Assembly: GCA_040954595.2 (NCBI GenBank)
Contig: CM082594.2
Span: forward strand, 9,193,612 to 9,257,611
DNA length: 64,000 nt
Direction of reading: 5' to 3'
DNA from: Balanoglossus misakiensis
Taxonomy: Eukaryota > Animalia > Hemichordata
The notes beneath the pieces are model-generated. The model saw only the letters and a program-made list of their open reading frames with translations, did no database searches and was not told the DNA's origin. A program made the translations under genes and the position numbers. How positions within the stretch are numbered: the first letter of the stretch is position 1; every line of letters begins with the position of its first letter. Shown one piece after another: positions 24,726 to 37,629 of this stretch.

Positions 24726-27700
24726 TCAGTTTACTCGTTCGTTGAACCAGAAATTGTGCATCACAGATGACTCATTGCCAACTCAAGTGTATCTTTTTGT
24801 GAAAAGGAAATAAAGGCTTTGTCTGGACGTTCACATTTCACTATCATTTTTTTATAAACCACTTCTTCACTTTATATGACTAGAATGCCACTGTATGTTT
24901 TTAATGAGATTGCCTCAATAAATCTGATAATTAATTATATATGTGAAACATATGTTTGATGAAAACTCGTTTTGTTCCTCCAAACCTATTTTAATAGGCA
25001 CTTGTAATGTTACACATCTGTTACTGTGTCAGCATTTAATTACTGGACATTGTTCATTGTAGTCTTGCTTGCCACGGAAACGTTTCCCATAGCTGTTTCT
25101 GTTGAATTGTTGTCGCAGTATATACTGTCTGAAATTCATCAGGGAATGTAGTGTACTATTGTGGTTATCAAGGACATTTAATCTTGTAATCAAGCATGTC
25201 TTTTGTCTGAAAGAAACATTCATGAGTTCCGATATAATGGTGTCTAGCCTACAACAACACTGATAGTCTAGAAGTCTCTGTCAGTTTGATTGTGCAGTAT
25301 TTCTGGTTTCACAAAGCACGAGTTGCAACGTCTAATGTGGCTCATTACTGTAATGTCTCTTGACTGCTGTCCATAAGTCTCTAGTTGTAATGATGACAGG
25401 GATCCAAAGGGGCAAAGTTATTCTCTAACAATTATCGTGTGTGTTTCTCATGATAATATTGTTGTTAGTGGCTATGTGTAGTTGCTCTAAATTTTGCTTA
25501 CAGGCAAAGATGTTAATTTCCAGAGTAAGAGGCGTGTTCTGTTTTATATTAGCAGATTTCAAGGATCCAGGTTCAACTTCAACAGAGGTTAATGCCCCCG
25601 TTCCTTTGCCTTGCGTGCAATTTCAACAGAAACTGAACCTGAACTATCAGGAGTATCACTTACCTCGGCTCCAGTAATCAGTGGCTATCATTTTGATAAC
25701 AGTAGTTGTAAATCATTACAGCTTGGCAGGTGTTCTCTGTTTTGAAATACAGTACATGTAGCATGGCATTGGTGACCAAGTTCAAGTCACAGGCACTGAC
25801 GAAGTCGGGAGGGTGTATATAGTAGAAGGGTTCTACTATTATTGAACAATGTGTCTAAAAACTTGAAGTAGCCCTTGGTCGAACTGATCTGTTTTGTTTA
25901 GTGACTGACATGTATGGCCAGGCTCTCAAGTCAACGTTTTTACAAAACTGGATTCAATGACAAGCTCTCCTGTTACATTGGTCAGCCTTGCTTCACAAAG
26001 TCATGCACTATTTACAGTTTTGTTGAAGGGCCACTTGAACAAGTAATATCGCGAGCAAAGTTCTTCCAGTATTCCAAACAAGTTTGCGTGCCTTCCACCC
26101 ACGTAAGTTGAAATAACAATATCGCTTGACATGAATCTCTAGATGTAAGAAATGCAATGTATAATTTCAGTGTTTGATTTCTTTTTGTTAGTGTATGATG
26201 ACATGAAAATTTGGGGTCACGGGATATGGAAATTGAATTGTCCAGTCTAGACTTGGGGAAGAAGTAGGGCCATAGTTTCGGTTGAATACATCAATGATAG
26301 CAGATTTTTCTGTACAAGCATAGACAATGAACAAAAAAGTGAATAGCAAACTGTTGAAAACAGCCTTTATTACATAGACTGCTTTCGATTGTAACACAAT
26401 GAAAGGTTAACAGACACTAATACTAAATGTAAGTTTCCCACAGCGACAGTCATCATAATGACTCATAGAGACATTGTGTGTATGAAAATCTCACTGTATG
26501 AGTAATTATCATCTGAGACTCCTGATTGTTTTATTAGTAAATCAAGTCTTTTTGATAGTAAACAGGTCTTCCTTACAGACCTGAACAGGTTTTTTCCGTC
26601 ACGGTCAGAACTGTTCAACAAGTGTAAACCTCAGCTTCAGACATTATTCATTCTCAGAGATTGTGTAGATCGTTGCTCCAAGCCAGACGTGGTTGAAATC
26701 AGACCTGACCAGAGCCTGACATGTCACATAGATGTCAAAAGTTGCAATACTACACAGCAAATCATGACACCCCTGTGGCTAGTCTGACATCTTAGGAACA
26801 TAACAAGTGTAAATGTACTTGTAAGGAAGACAATCAAATGAAATGACTGTTGGGATTTGTACTTAGGGCAGGGCGCGGGCGTGTAATGTGATTAATTAAA
26901 TTACTCACCGCCAAAGGAACTTGTGATTGAGCTGTGTTTCTATATTTAGAATGCTGTCTACATGAAAATATATTGTATGTTATAGGCTTCAAGACAATGT
27001 AAGTAATATGCGTAGTAGTGTTAACTGTTTCAGGAGATTTTTTTGAAATGCAATAAATTTTATTCGTATTAAGGAGTCTCATAAAGATAGGAATGTGCGA
27101 GATATCAAATCAACTATAGTATTGGTACCTGTGTGTTAAAAATTACACTGTACATGTATGTGCCTTTTATCTTCAGAGACTCCCCTCTGACTGTGATAAT
27201 AACTGGATTATATTTTGATTTATAGTGAGAGACTTTAAAGTTGACAAGTGCAAATGATTGACTTGATATAAACAGATGGTCCATGTCACAGTGAGGATGT
27301 TCTCAGCATGTGTGTATTTTCAATCGCATTAGTCGGGGGAAATTTGCCCCAAGCATCAACTTTCAGAAGATAAAAATCACCAGATGTATTCTGTTTTAAT
27401 TTGGAAATGTGAAATGAAATAGAAGGTATGTTAGGATTACATGTATTTACAATCTCATTCTTAAGAAAACACTCTTCGTATTAGTAGCAGCTTTAAGGGA
27501 AATGAAAATAAAATTTATATGTGATACACAGCTTTTTAAAGAGAGAATAGTTGAAATTTCATAATAACATCATAAATATCTGGCCATATGATGGCCATCG
27601 TGTTTGCCACTCCCACTCTGATGAGAGACCGTCTGACCTTCACTATCAGATGGTATTCAATTCAGATGGAATTAATTAAGTAATGTCCTATCTATCAAGT

Positions 27701-30700
27701 GAATCTGCATTTATATTTTCTGATTCAGAAACAAATCTGTATTGATCATTTCTAAAGCATATATTGTCATGATGATGTTCTTTTCTGTTTTATGAAAAAC
27801 TCAAATTGTTGAATTGTATATAAACCAGAGCGCTTTATTATTGTGATGGTATTATTTAAAGTGTCTGTGTATGCTAGCTGACCTTTGACCTCCAGGGCCT
27901 TGACCTATGCAGTATGTGAAAATCATGTTGGCCTGCCAGATTGCACTGAACAAGAATATGAAGACATCAACCAGGGCACAATAATAGATTAGGATTATCA
28001 CGATATTAATTAGTGTGTGAATTAGACTGTTTTGCATTACAGGTGACTAGGCTCAACCCCTCCTAGCCAGTGTAGTGTTACCCCAAAGCAAATGTTTACA
28101 CAGACAGATTGTGTCCCGACAAAGGAGTTATATACTGGTACACAGAGACAGGATTGTGTTGAATGCACCGGAATTCTGTATTCAGTCGGCATATGCAGAT
28201 GGATTCTTACCAAGCCTGAACTTTTCATGCCATGAAAAGCTGTGGTGATGGGCTTACAATGTTGGGATTCTAAGGCATATGACGTACAGTGTTTTACCTG
28301 AAGTATTTGCATATTGTCGTTATTAACAATCGATATAATTCAATGAGATTCTGTGATTTTGAGTACACAGACTAGACACTATAGATTAGCTAATGGTTGT
28401 GTCTGTATTAGTCCCAGTAATCATTTATCATTGTGTAGTATGTTTCCAGTTGTCACTTAGTCTTTTTAGAGTGTAATAAATTGGCTGTGGTCTGTTTGGT
28501 GAACTTGTTATTCCGCAGGTCGTGTGTGCATTAGTGTCCTGAACACACAGTCTACTCTGTAGTGATGACCGCAGATGTGAGAAATTTGCTTTCCTTTCCC
28601 ATCCAATTAAACTCCTCAGGAGACAAGAACAAGGTTTTAGTGATTGAAGAAGTGTGAAGGACCCTACAATATATGTAGCTGTCAACATCCACTGTTAACA
28701 CCCCCTCCCTGTCGACTTGCAGAGAAAAAAGACTCCTTTTTGCCTGAAAAACAGTTGCTGCATAACTCTATGCAGTGAATGTGAATTCAAAAGAAGTTAA
28801 CTCATACTCTGGTCTTTTCACACGCAAGCTTGTTGTGAAGACCTCCATGCAAACACCTAGTCTGGTGAGATACAATGGTAAAGTCCCATTCTGTACGTCA
28901 CATGGTACAACCTCAGAGGGTGGAATTCTTGAGACTTTGGGGGACACAATGCACCCATTTTTTTGTTCCAGTGTCTGGTATGTGTGTCACTGTTCGGAGA
29001 AAAATCTTCCCGCTCATAACAACTGGTGAGTCACACATAGGCCAATAGATTTTCTTCATTTGACTTCAATCAGGTAGCAATAAGATACATGTACTCTGAT
29101 AATGCCTGTGATCATGCCATAATTTAGACTTTAATCCAACACTTTACACCATGCCTACTACTAATGCCAGGTACAAGATGTAGTTGTCAATGACAGCCGA
29201 GTTGAAAGGCTCCTTTTGATTGGCCAAATAATTAACCACCTGTTCACAAGCCAGTCAAGAACGTTCGACTTCTATCGTACATAAACTGTAATTGATATCA
29301 ATCTTGTATCGATCTGATGCTCCACAGAAAAGTTTATGTGGCATGTTTGTCATAAATGCTCCCCAATGCTGTGACTTCAAAAACCTGCTTCTCAACAAGG
29401 ACCACAGTACTGACACATTGTATGCATTCCTTCAAAAGACCTACTTCTATAGAGAGGTTTGAGTATTATGGATAAACAGAAGAAGCAAGTACCGGCACCT
29501 TGATTGGGTTACAGTTGTGTGACATTGAGAATGAAGGAAAGAATGTCTAATAGTCGTATCATTTACCGGTATCTTTGGTGATGGCCATGTTATAAAGTTT
29601 GTTTTTCTGACCACTTACAAAGTGCTTGTGCTTCTATTTTAACCGCACAATAACAAATACTGTGCCAAGTTGCAGTGTTTGGGTCACATGTCACCAATCA
29701 GTTCTTAAGGTCTGGGATGACCTCAGTCACAGCAGTTCATCTTTGGCTGTTTGGTCTCAACTGATCCCTGGTATTTGACTTCCAATCTGGGGCATTGCAG
29801 TGGTTCTCTGTGTCAAGCAGACATTGTCCTTTTTTTTTTCGTGAGAGAAAGATGCGATAGGAAGGATTGCAGATTAGCCAGAAACCGGTCCTTTATCGGA
29901 GGTGTCAGCTAGGTATGTCCGGAATGTTGTTTTTTCCTTCAGGTTTTAGAACATACATGCAGTGTGTGATAATGCTAGTGCTTGCAGCCCTAAGATCTCA
30001 GTTCAGCTGGAGGCACAGTTGAATTTACCTGCTAAAGCTACGCTGACAGAGTCCATCAGTTCCACCGAAAAATATGTATGCTATATAGCTCAATCCTATT
30101 ACTGCACAAAATCCGAACTCCCTAGTGATGCTGAAGAGGGGGATTTTCTCGAGAAGTAGCTGGTGAGTGAGACGATATCAAGTTTAGTTAATTTTCTTTT
30201 CGAGTACTCGTCGAGTAGTTGATGGTATCGAGGTAGACCAGTGCAACCTTCCTCCTGTGTTGCATGTTTGGACGACCTGTTGATTCGAGTTGCAGTGATA
30301 TGACATCAAAAGCCTCATGGTACATACCCGCAATGAGTCATGACTAAGAAGCATGTTTTGAAGTAAAACAGAGTGATGTGTGCATTCATAATAGGATGAA
30401 AATCAAACAAAAATTCAAATGTTGGTGACTTTGTCCTTGAGAGAACTTTTCTAAGATAAAAAAAAAACTTTACTAAGCAGACTCAGATTTGACTTTAATT
30501 ACATTGCACGAAGTACAATGGGTGAGCTCTCTGTGAGGTCAAAGGTCATGTTCTGATCTTCAGCAAAGGTCTTGGCAGATACAATGGCTTGGCATTGACT
30601 TTCTAAGACATACAAGTTGAAAAGCCACAGGCTTTGGGAGATGGCATTGACTTTTACAATGCACTGAAGTAAGACAAACAATCCTATGTTCAATTGGTGT

Positions 30701-33700
30701 ATTCATGACTTAATTGAGGTACAAAGTGCGCCCTGAAGTGATGATGACTAGGGTGTTGATTGTTCTGCAGAGGAAGCAGGGAGTTCATCTGAGGCCAGGC
30801 TCTTGTTTTGATTTTATCTTTAGAGGAAATAGGACTATTGATCAGTGGGTGGTGGTTGCTGATTTGGATCTCTGTAACAAAGCAAATGCTTTGATTATGA
30901 ATTTCTGATGAAATGACAGGGACCTTCAGTGCATGTGTAATAACCTGCAGTGTTGTTTGTTTGATTGTTGGGGGATGAAAATGCACTAAAAGGCAAACAA
31001 AGATCAATTTGTGAAGTCAATGTACTCCTGTCAATCAGTGATGAGGCTCACATGACAAACATCAAACATACGTGTATAATGCTTTTAAAGAACCTCATCC
31101 TCAATGGTCCTACAATTTTCATGCAAATATTTAGCAATGTCAGCCAATCATTTTGCGTGGCTCTATTACAGAGGCAGAAATAAAGAGAGATCTTAAAATA
31201 TTGATGATGACAATGTCACCAAGGACTAATATAGTACAGTGCAATACTACCATGTAAACTAATTACAACTTTTAGAAGGAAAAATAAGTCTGAAAGTTAT
31301 AATATACAGAAAGTGGATCGTAACTAACACCACCCAACCCTGATATTTTCTGCTTAAGTTACTTCCACTTACCAGCAATATTATATTCAGGTTTCTGAAC
31401 TGTGTCAACAGCAATATGGAATGCCGGTCAATTTAATCATAAGTTCCCACATTTAGAAATCACGCGACTTGCACTGAAATTAAAAAGCTGATTGACTTAA
31501 TTAAACCAAGTGGATTTCTCTGTGTTTTTTCATAACACACTATTCCTGTGTTGTGTGGAGACGTAAACTCGCTTCATTTTAGTCGCTCTAGGCTAATTTG
31601 GACAGCTGCCACACCATCAACAGGACAAATTAATGGTCTCCGTTCCTTATATAGCTGATGATGAATACTTACAATCTTTTGGATAACAAAGTTTTTAAGT
31701 TAAACAACAGAAAATAAACTCCTGCAGAGTTCAAAGTGTATCCTGCAATATTTCTCAGTAAACATCCGAGATGATTCATTGGGAATCTGTCAGGGTTATT
31801 TTTGATGCACACTTTTATCTTTCTATCCAACCAGGTCAGTGTACCCAGTCTGCATAGTGAAGAAAAATTGCCAGGAATGTTGTGAATGCACTTAGATATA
31901 TGATTATGACATGGCTAATTAATGGGGAGTCCTTAATCTTTATGTTTTGAGGGCGGGCAGTGCTGTCATGTTCGATAACTTCTGTAGTGTTTTGTTCCGT
32001 GTATCAACTGCAGAAGTTACAACACTGTCCCTTGGTGGCTCAATAAATAACCATGTCAGTTCTACCGTTATACAGTATAGTTATCTATACAGAGGGCTTG
32101 GACAGATATTCCAGTCATAAAGATAGTATAAGATGTCTGCTGTATGTGTTTTAAGGACAAGGAGAGGTTATATTTAGACCTGAATGGATGGATTTGCTCC
32201 TGTTATCTACTTTGGTCATTTTTCATCTAGAGCGAGTGTGGTCTTCACTGGTTCTGGCATTCGTCAGTTTACATTTATTAGAAGATATACTCCACTTACA
32301 ATGCCTATAGTAGCTTACAAGATGAAATTTGTACAGCGAAACGTGTTAGGTTTTTACTGAAGTTTGAAAAACACACAATATATAGGCAATACTTCAGTTG
32401 TGTACCGTAGATGATTAAATTAATTGTTATTGCAAGAGGAAACAACTATGCCAGCTAATAACAGGAAATTAAGATGGCAAATCTTCTGTTCGTGCAGTCA
32501 GGTGTTTCACCCCAATCATCATTCCTGTGTATTCAGGCTAAGATAAATTTTGTATGGACCCATTGGACTTCCTGGACCAGATCCTCTTGTTGAAAAGTCA
32601 CAACAAGGTTACAATTTGATTTGCTTGTTAGTTAAAGATTGTCCAGCCAGGGTCAGAACTTTTCTTCCAACATGAACACAATGGAATAACTTCAACTGAT
32701 TGATGTATTTCAATATTGATACCATTTTAGCATGTTCGTGTTGTGTGTATTGTCTGTTTATTTTTCTCCTTAAAATATTTCCATGGAGAAGTTCAAAGAA
32801 TTGTAGTCATCATGATGTTCTGTCAAGTTGTCATTAGAGGTCATGACCTTTGCTGGCCTATTGGAGAGGTAGAGTGCACCTTGGGAATAATGAAGACGAC
32901 CATTTCACACCTTATTGATGGGTATTACTGTAAAAAGAGTCTTTGCCTAAGGAAGTGATTTGTTGAACATGACCTTTAGAAACAAAAAGTGTGTGCACTA
33001 AATTGAGAAAATCTGCTCTGTATTTATAAATGTTTGTATTGTTGATTTCATTGTGTTTCTTCCGGTCAAAAACACTGTGTTGTTGAGTGATTGCACAGAC
33101 TCTTGTATATTCTTGCTTTTGTACATTCATGTACTGACACAGTGATTTTGTTTTAAAAAGCATGGCTTGCTGGTGACCTGCAGTGCTGTCGAAGCCGATG
33201 GGACATGCAGATTTCATTGTACATTGTTTGTGTTCATCTTCACCTCTGGCCATCATCTGTATTCCAAAGACAGACTGTCTGATGTAGGTCAGATAACAAG
33301 ACACACCATTGTTGTATGATTGGTGACGTCACATCACACGACTTGGACACAAATCTGTGCCCTCGAGAAAAATTGTGATACTCATATACAGTCGTTGACC
33401 AGTGCAGCGATTTCACGGCAGAGAAATAGAATCATCTCTGAAATCAAAACTGTGAAACAAAAAAGCATTAAAGTCAAGTTTTACAGATTTTACAGAATCG
33501 GATTCCACCAGCTATTCAGCCTGGTGTAATGAGAAGAGTTTTTTTTTCATTCCAACCACCCCCATTATTACTTTTGTGTCGTCAGCTTTAAAAGGTCTTT
33601 GTTGAATGTGTCCTGAGGTGAAAGTTCATGACCCCATTGACCCCATCAATACAGATAGAATACTTTCAGTGTATGTATGTGAGGTTGGTCTTGTATTATC

Positions 33701-34155
33701 CGATACCCAGGTAGGGGACTGAGTCAAGTTTTCCGGCCCGGTAGAAATGTTGAGAGTCTGTCCTTGATTCACAGTTATTGACTCTGATGGCTTTGCAGTT
33801 TATTTGTGTTCATTTGGGTTTTTCAGTGGCAGTTTACAGTTAAACATTGCAGAACCTGTAACATCGCATATGTCAAAGTGCTATGACCTTCATGTCAAAT
33901 CTTTTACTTTGCCAGCAACAAAACTGCTATAATTACAATCAGTCTAATTTTGCTGTTTATCCTTTTTCCTGTTTCAGCTGAATATTGTGAATGAAAGTGA
34001 AAAATATCGACAAGAGGAAGCTGGCTGAAGTGTTTGGGAAACGTGGGTGTTGCCTGACTCATTAGTAACTGCCACATCATCACGTGCATCTGAAGTGCCT
34101 TGTAGATAGCTTTGTGATATTCTGTTGTTTGTTTCCATTGATGGGGAACTCTAAG

Positions 34156-35044
34156 ATGGGGGATACCACCTGGTTATGTTTTACCTGTTGTATCACAACA
34201 CAGCAACAACCACAACAGGTAAGTTGGGGGAAAAAGCGTCATTCTTTGCTGAAAAATACAGTGTTCTTTACAGATGGGTGGAAATAGTGCCTGTCATAAC
34301 ATTGGCAGTTCCATTTTTGTCTTACCCCTACTTTGTAAAATAACGTTGCCTTTCTTTGACATTAACGTTTTCTGACCTGATTGTTTCGATTTGCAGAAAA
34401 GGCGACGGATAGATATTACTATGATCGGAGAACCAACAAATTTTGTACACACAGGGCATATAGGATCAGGAGACATGTCATCAGGAGGGGGAAATCATGT
34501 AAGTGTTCTCTATTTTATTTAGACTTGTGTTCTATGCAGAGGGGGAGGGGGGGGGGTGAAAGGAAATTCAGACAAATATTGTGTGTTGCATCTGTGATTG
34601 TAGCATTGCTGAATGTAAATATGATTTTCATTACAGCTTGGGGTTGTACAGAGTCAAATGAAATCAAAAGGTGGTTATAATCACGTGTCTCCAGTGCATG
34701 TAGATATTGCAGTAGGTGCTGATGATGTTCAAAAAGAAGAGGTAAGTTCTTGTCCATCAATAATTTCCTCATGATTTGAATAAGAGGCGCATGTGCTGAG
34801 GTTAATTCCAATATCACCAGCTTTGTATAGTCTCCCGCAAGCCGGTTCCAATTCTATTAATTCATCAGTGGAAATTAATTAGGTCTAAGCCACTTAAGTC
34901 TAAATTGGTTAGGCAGTTATCAAATTGCTTTTATTACATAAGATTATAGGTCTGAGACAGAGTTTGAACGTAGTCAATGATGAAGCATAAATTTAATATT
35001 TTTTATTTTCATTTTCTTTTCTTTTTTTTTTCTTTCAGTCGTAA
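34156..35044 (+). CDS. CDC42SE: CDC42 small effector (SPEC), 91 aa. Coding exons 34156-34218, 34397-34498, 34637-34741, 35039-35044
   Basis: [21 protein letters not shown]|[34 protein letters not shown]|[14 protein letters not shown]...|S*. Has the N-terminal WLCFxCC palmitoylation motif, basic patch, CRIB motif and QMxSKGGY tail of CDC42SE1/2. AATAAA near 36548. The ORF track does not show it as one protein because the exons are small. Confidence 0.93.
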
Positions 35045-37629
35045 TACAGACTAGGTATCAAATATTAATAGTCATGGCTATTCAAGTTTCAATATATGTA
35101 TGTATATGTACAGAAGAGAGATTTGGTAACTCTAACAAATATGGAAGAGTGAGGACTGTATCAGGCCTCTTCTGGGATATCGTCAATCTACACAACTGAA
35201 CACTAATTGACTTTGAAGTAATTAAGCAGTATCGAATCAGGTCTTATAGAGTACAAAGAAGCAGTTAGTTTCACTCTTCGAGAATCACAAACTATAGACA
35301 CTAGAACAGATGAACAGTGGCACTGTTGTATTGCACTTTGAACCTTACTACCCCTGTGACAATAGCAACTTTGTCCAGTTTTGGTCTCAAGATGTGAGAT
35401 GATGTTATGCAGTGCCTTACTGGAATCATCAAACATGTACAACAGGTCTCTCAAGATGATATTTTAAGGCAGTATGTGGATATATATAATTTCTTCTACA
35501 TGTAATTATGTAATTCTACACAAAGGTATAGTTTACAAGATAATTTCGTTATTTTTTGTGAAGTATTTTTGTGAGAAGTTTCGTCATGTCAGCTTGTTCA
35601 TGTGAAATAGTCTTTTCTTTGTGAACTGTTGAATGCAAAAGTGTTGGATCAGAACTAAACTGTCAACATCTGGCTTGTCGGAATCAGGAATCACATCGGC
35701 AGGAGCTGCCATGAACAACTTTCTGTGGTTCAACCATCAGCTAAATATGCTTGCCATCAGCTAGTGCCCTGTGCCTTGTTGGAACACGATGAACCAATCA
35801 TAGAGCCTGTCTTAAGTTAGGTGGTCTTTTCGTGCATAATTATAAATCAAAGATCACAGTTATGTGCACATTTAGCAGTGTTTTTATTTTGTTCTACACT
35901 TTTTTGTTCCTTTTTTGAGCAACTAAAGAACAATTATCAAGATTAGGAAAGATCACAAACATTTGATATATTTTTTACTGTTTCTCCACCAGAATTTATT
36001 TACATCTTTGCTGAGAGTAGAATGCTTTATGTATGAAAGTGTATTTTCCTACTTACTATATCGTGCATTATCATTTTGGTGCTTTTTTTGTTTTGTTTTA
36101 TTGTCACATTATCTTGATAAATTTTAATAGCTAATAGAATTCACACACACACACTGAGACACGCTATTTTCTCTTGTGTCTTCATGCACATGAACATCCA
36201 AGTCTATGGAAAAATTTCACTGCAGTTTTTCATGTTAACATTTTCATTCCTTGTTTCTTGTTGTCATTTCCTTTGGAGAGTTTACTGTGCTTTACATTCC
36301 TCGATCAAATTACCCGACACCTGTTTGCTTCCCATGTGGTACAGCGCCACTTCTGGTGTGAAATCTTTACCTTTTGTTTTCAAAATTTGGTGCCAGTTTT
36401 CTTGTTGCAATTCGGCAAATAGGGACTGTTCTTTAGTACATGTATTGTCAACTTTTATGTGGCTCTTTACATTCGTTATTTGTACATATTTTTTTTTCGT
36501 TTATTTTTTAGAATTTTAGTGGTGAAAATGAACAAATTTTTATATGAAATAAAACCTTGCAAATTTATATGTACTTTACCTGTCCATTTTTTCCCAGTAC
36601 ATAGCAGTTTTCATTATGTACATATTCCGGGACATTTAGATTAGATTTTGTCTGCGTGTGCATGTCCACTGGCTGGCAGCAGTGAAGACCAGCATATAGG
36701 AGACCAATATCTGCCACATCACATCAGTGTTTGACATCAACCAGGTACGTAGAAGTAAGACAACAGACAGATCATTGGAATTGCAAAACTCTTTGCAAGC
36801 ATTTATTTATTATATACACTACAGTAATAAAGATTGTTCAATTGAATTAATGAGGTTTGAATGGAAGAAAACATTATAAACCCTGGGCTATTCTAAAATG
36901 AAGTACTGGTCAGTGATTCTGACTGCAAGTAATCCAATTTGTACATCCCTCTTCAGATCATGACTACAAAATCTTCCAACATATAGAAATATGTACAAAT
37001 ACAGGACACAAAATGTCATGAAGATAATAACCCACAACAGATGTAAAATTGAATATAATGTTTATAATAATATTAATGATCGCTTTTGACCTTGACACTG
37101 GGTGGATCTCTGTCTCCAGCCTCTCTAGTTTCTGTACTTTTGCAGAGATCTGCATAAAACACCAGTTATTTATCAAAACTTTTGCCTGACATGAAGTGCT
37201 CATGTTTCATGAATGATTTGCATATTATTTTGACACACAATAGGAATGCCGGAAGAATCTTACAGTCCTGGGGAGTTTTACAAACTGAAGTCAAGTGATG
37301 CTTCTCCAGCCTAGGAAAGATTATGTCTGCTACACTTGCTGCATGGTAAGTTATTTTAACTAATATTTTAATCGTACTGTTACTGTATTCTCATTCAATA
37401 TTACATTTTATTTCCTTTTGAGATTCTTTAGAAGGTGATGAAATCTAGTGAACAAACAATCTTTGTCTAGCAATATAGGGCTAGGAAATATAGTGGTGTA
37501 TATACATGTGGCTTGTGGAAAGACAAAAAATGACTGTAAATGGGCCATTTGTGCAGTAGTGCTTTTATCACAGCAACAATTTCAGACTTGAGTTATCTAC
37601 AGCTGTGAGTTACTCTTTGACCTTTAACC

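Noticed and set aside
24300-33900. About 10 kb apparently gene-free stretch; checked by eye for miRNAs, snoRNAs and hammerhead cores
   Set aside because: No convincing match to conserved bilaterian miRNAs or ribozyme cores. Best explained as CDC42SE intron 1; the short ORFs there are noise.
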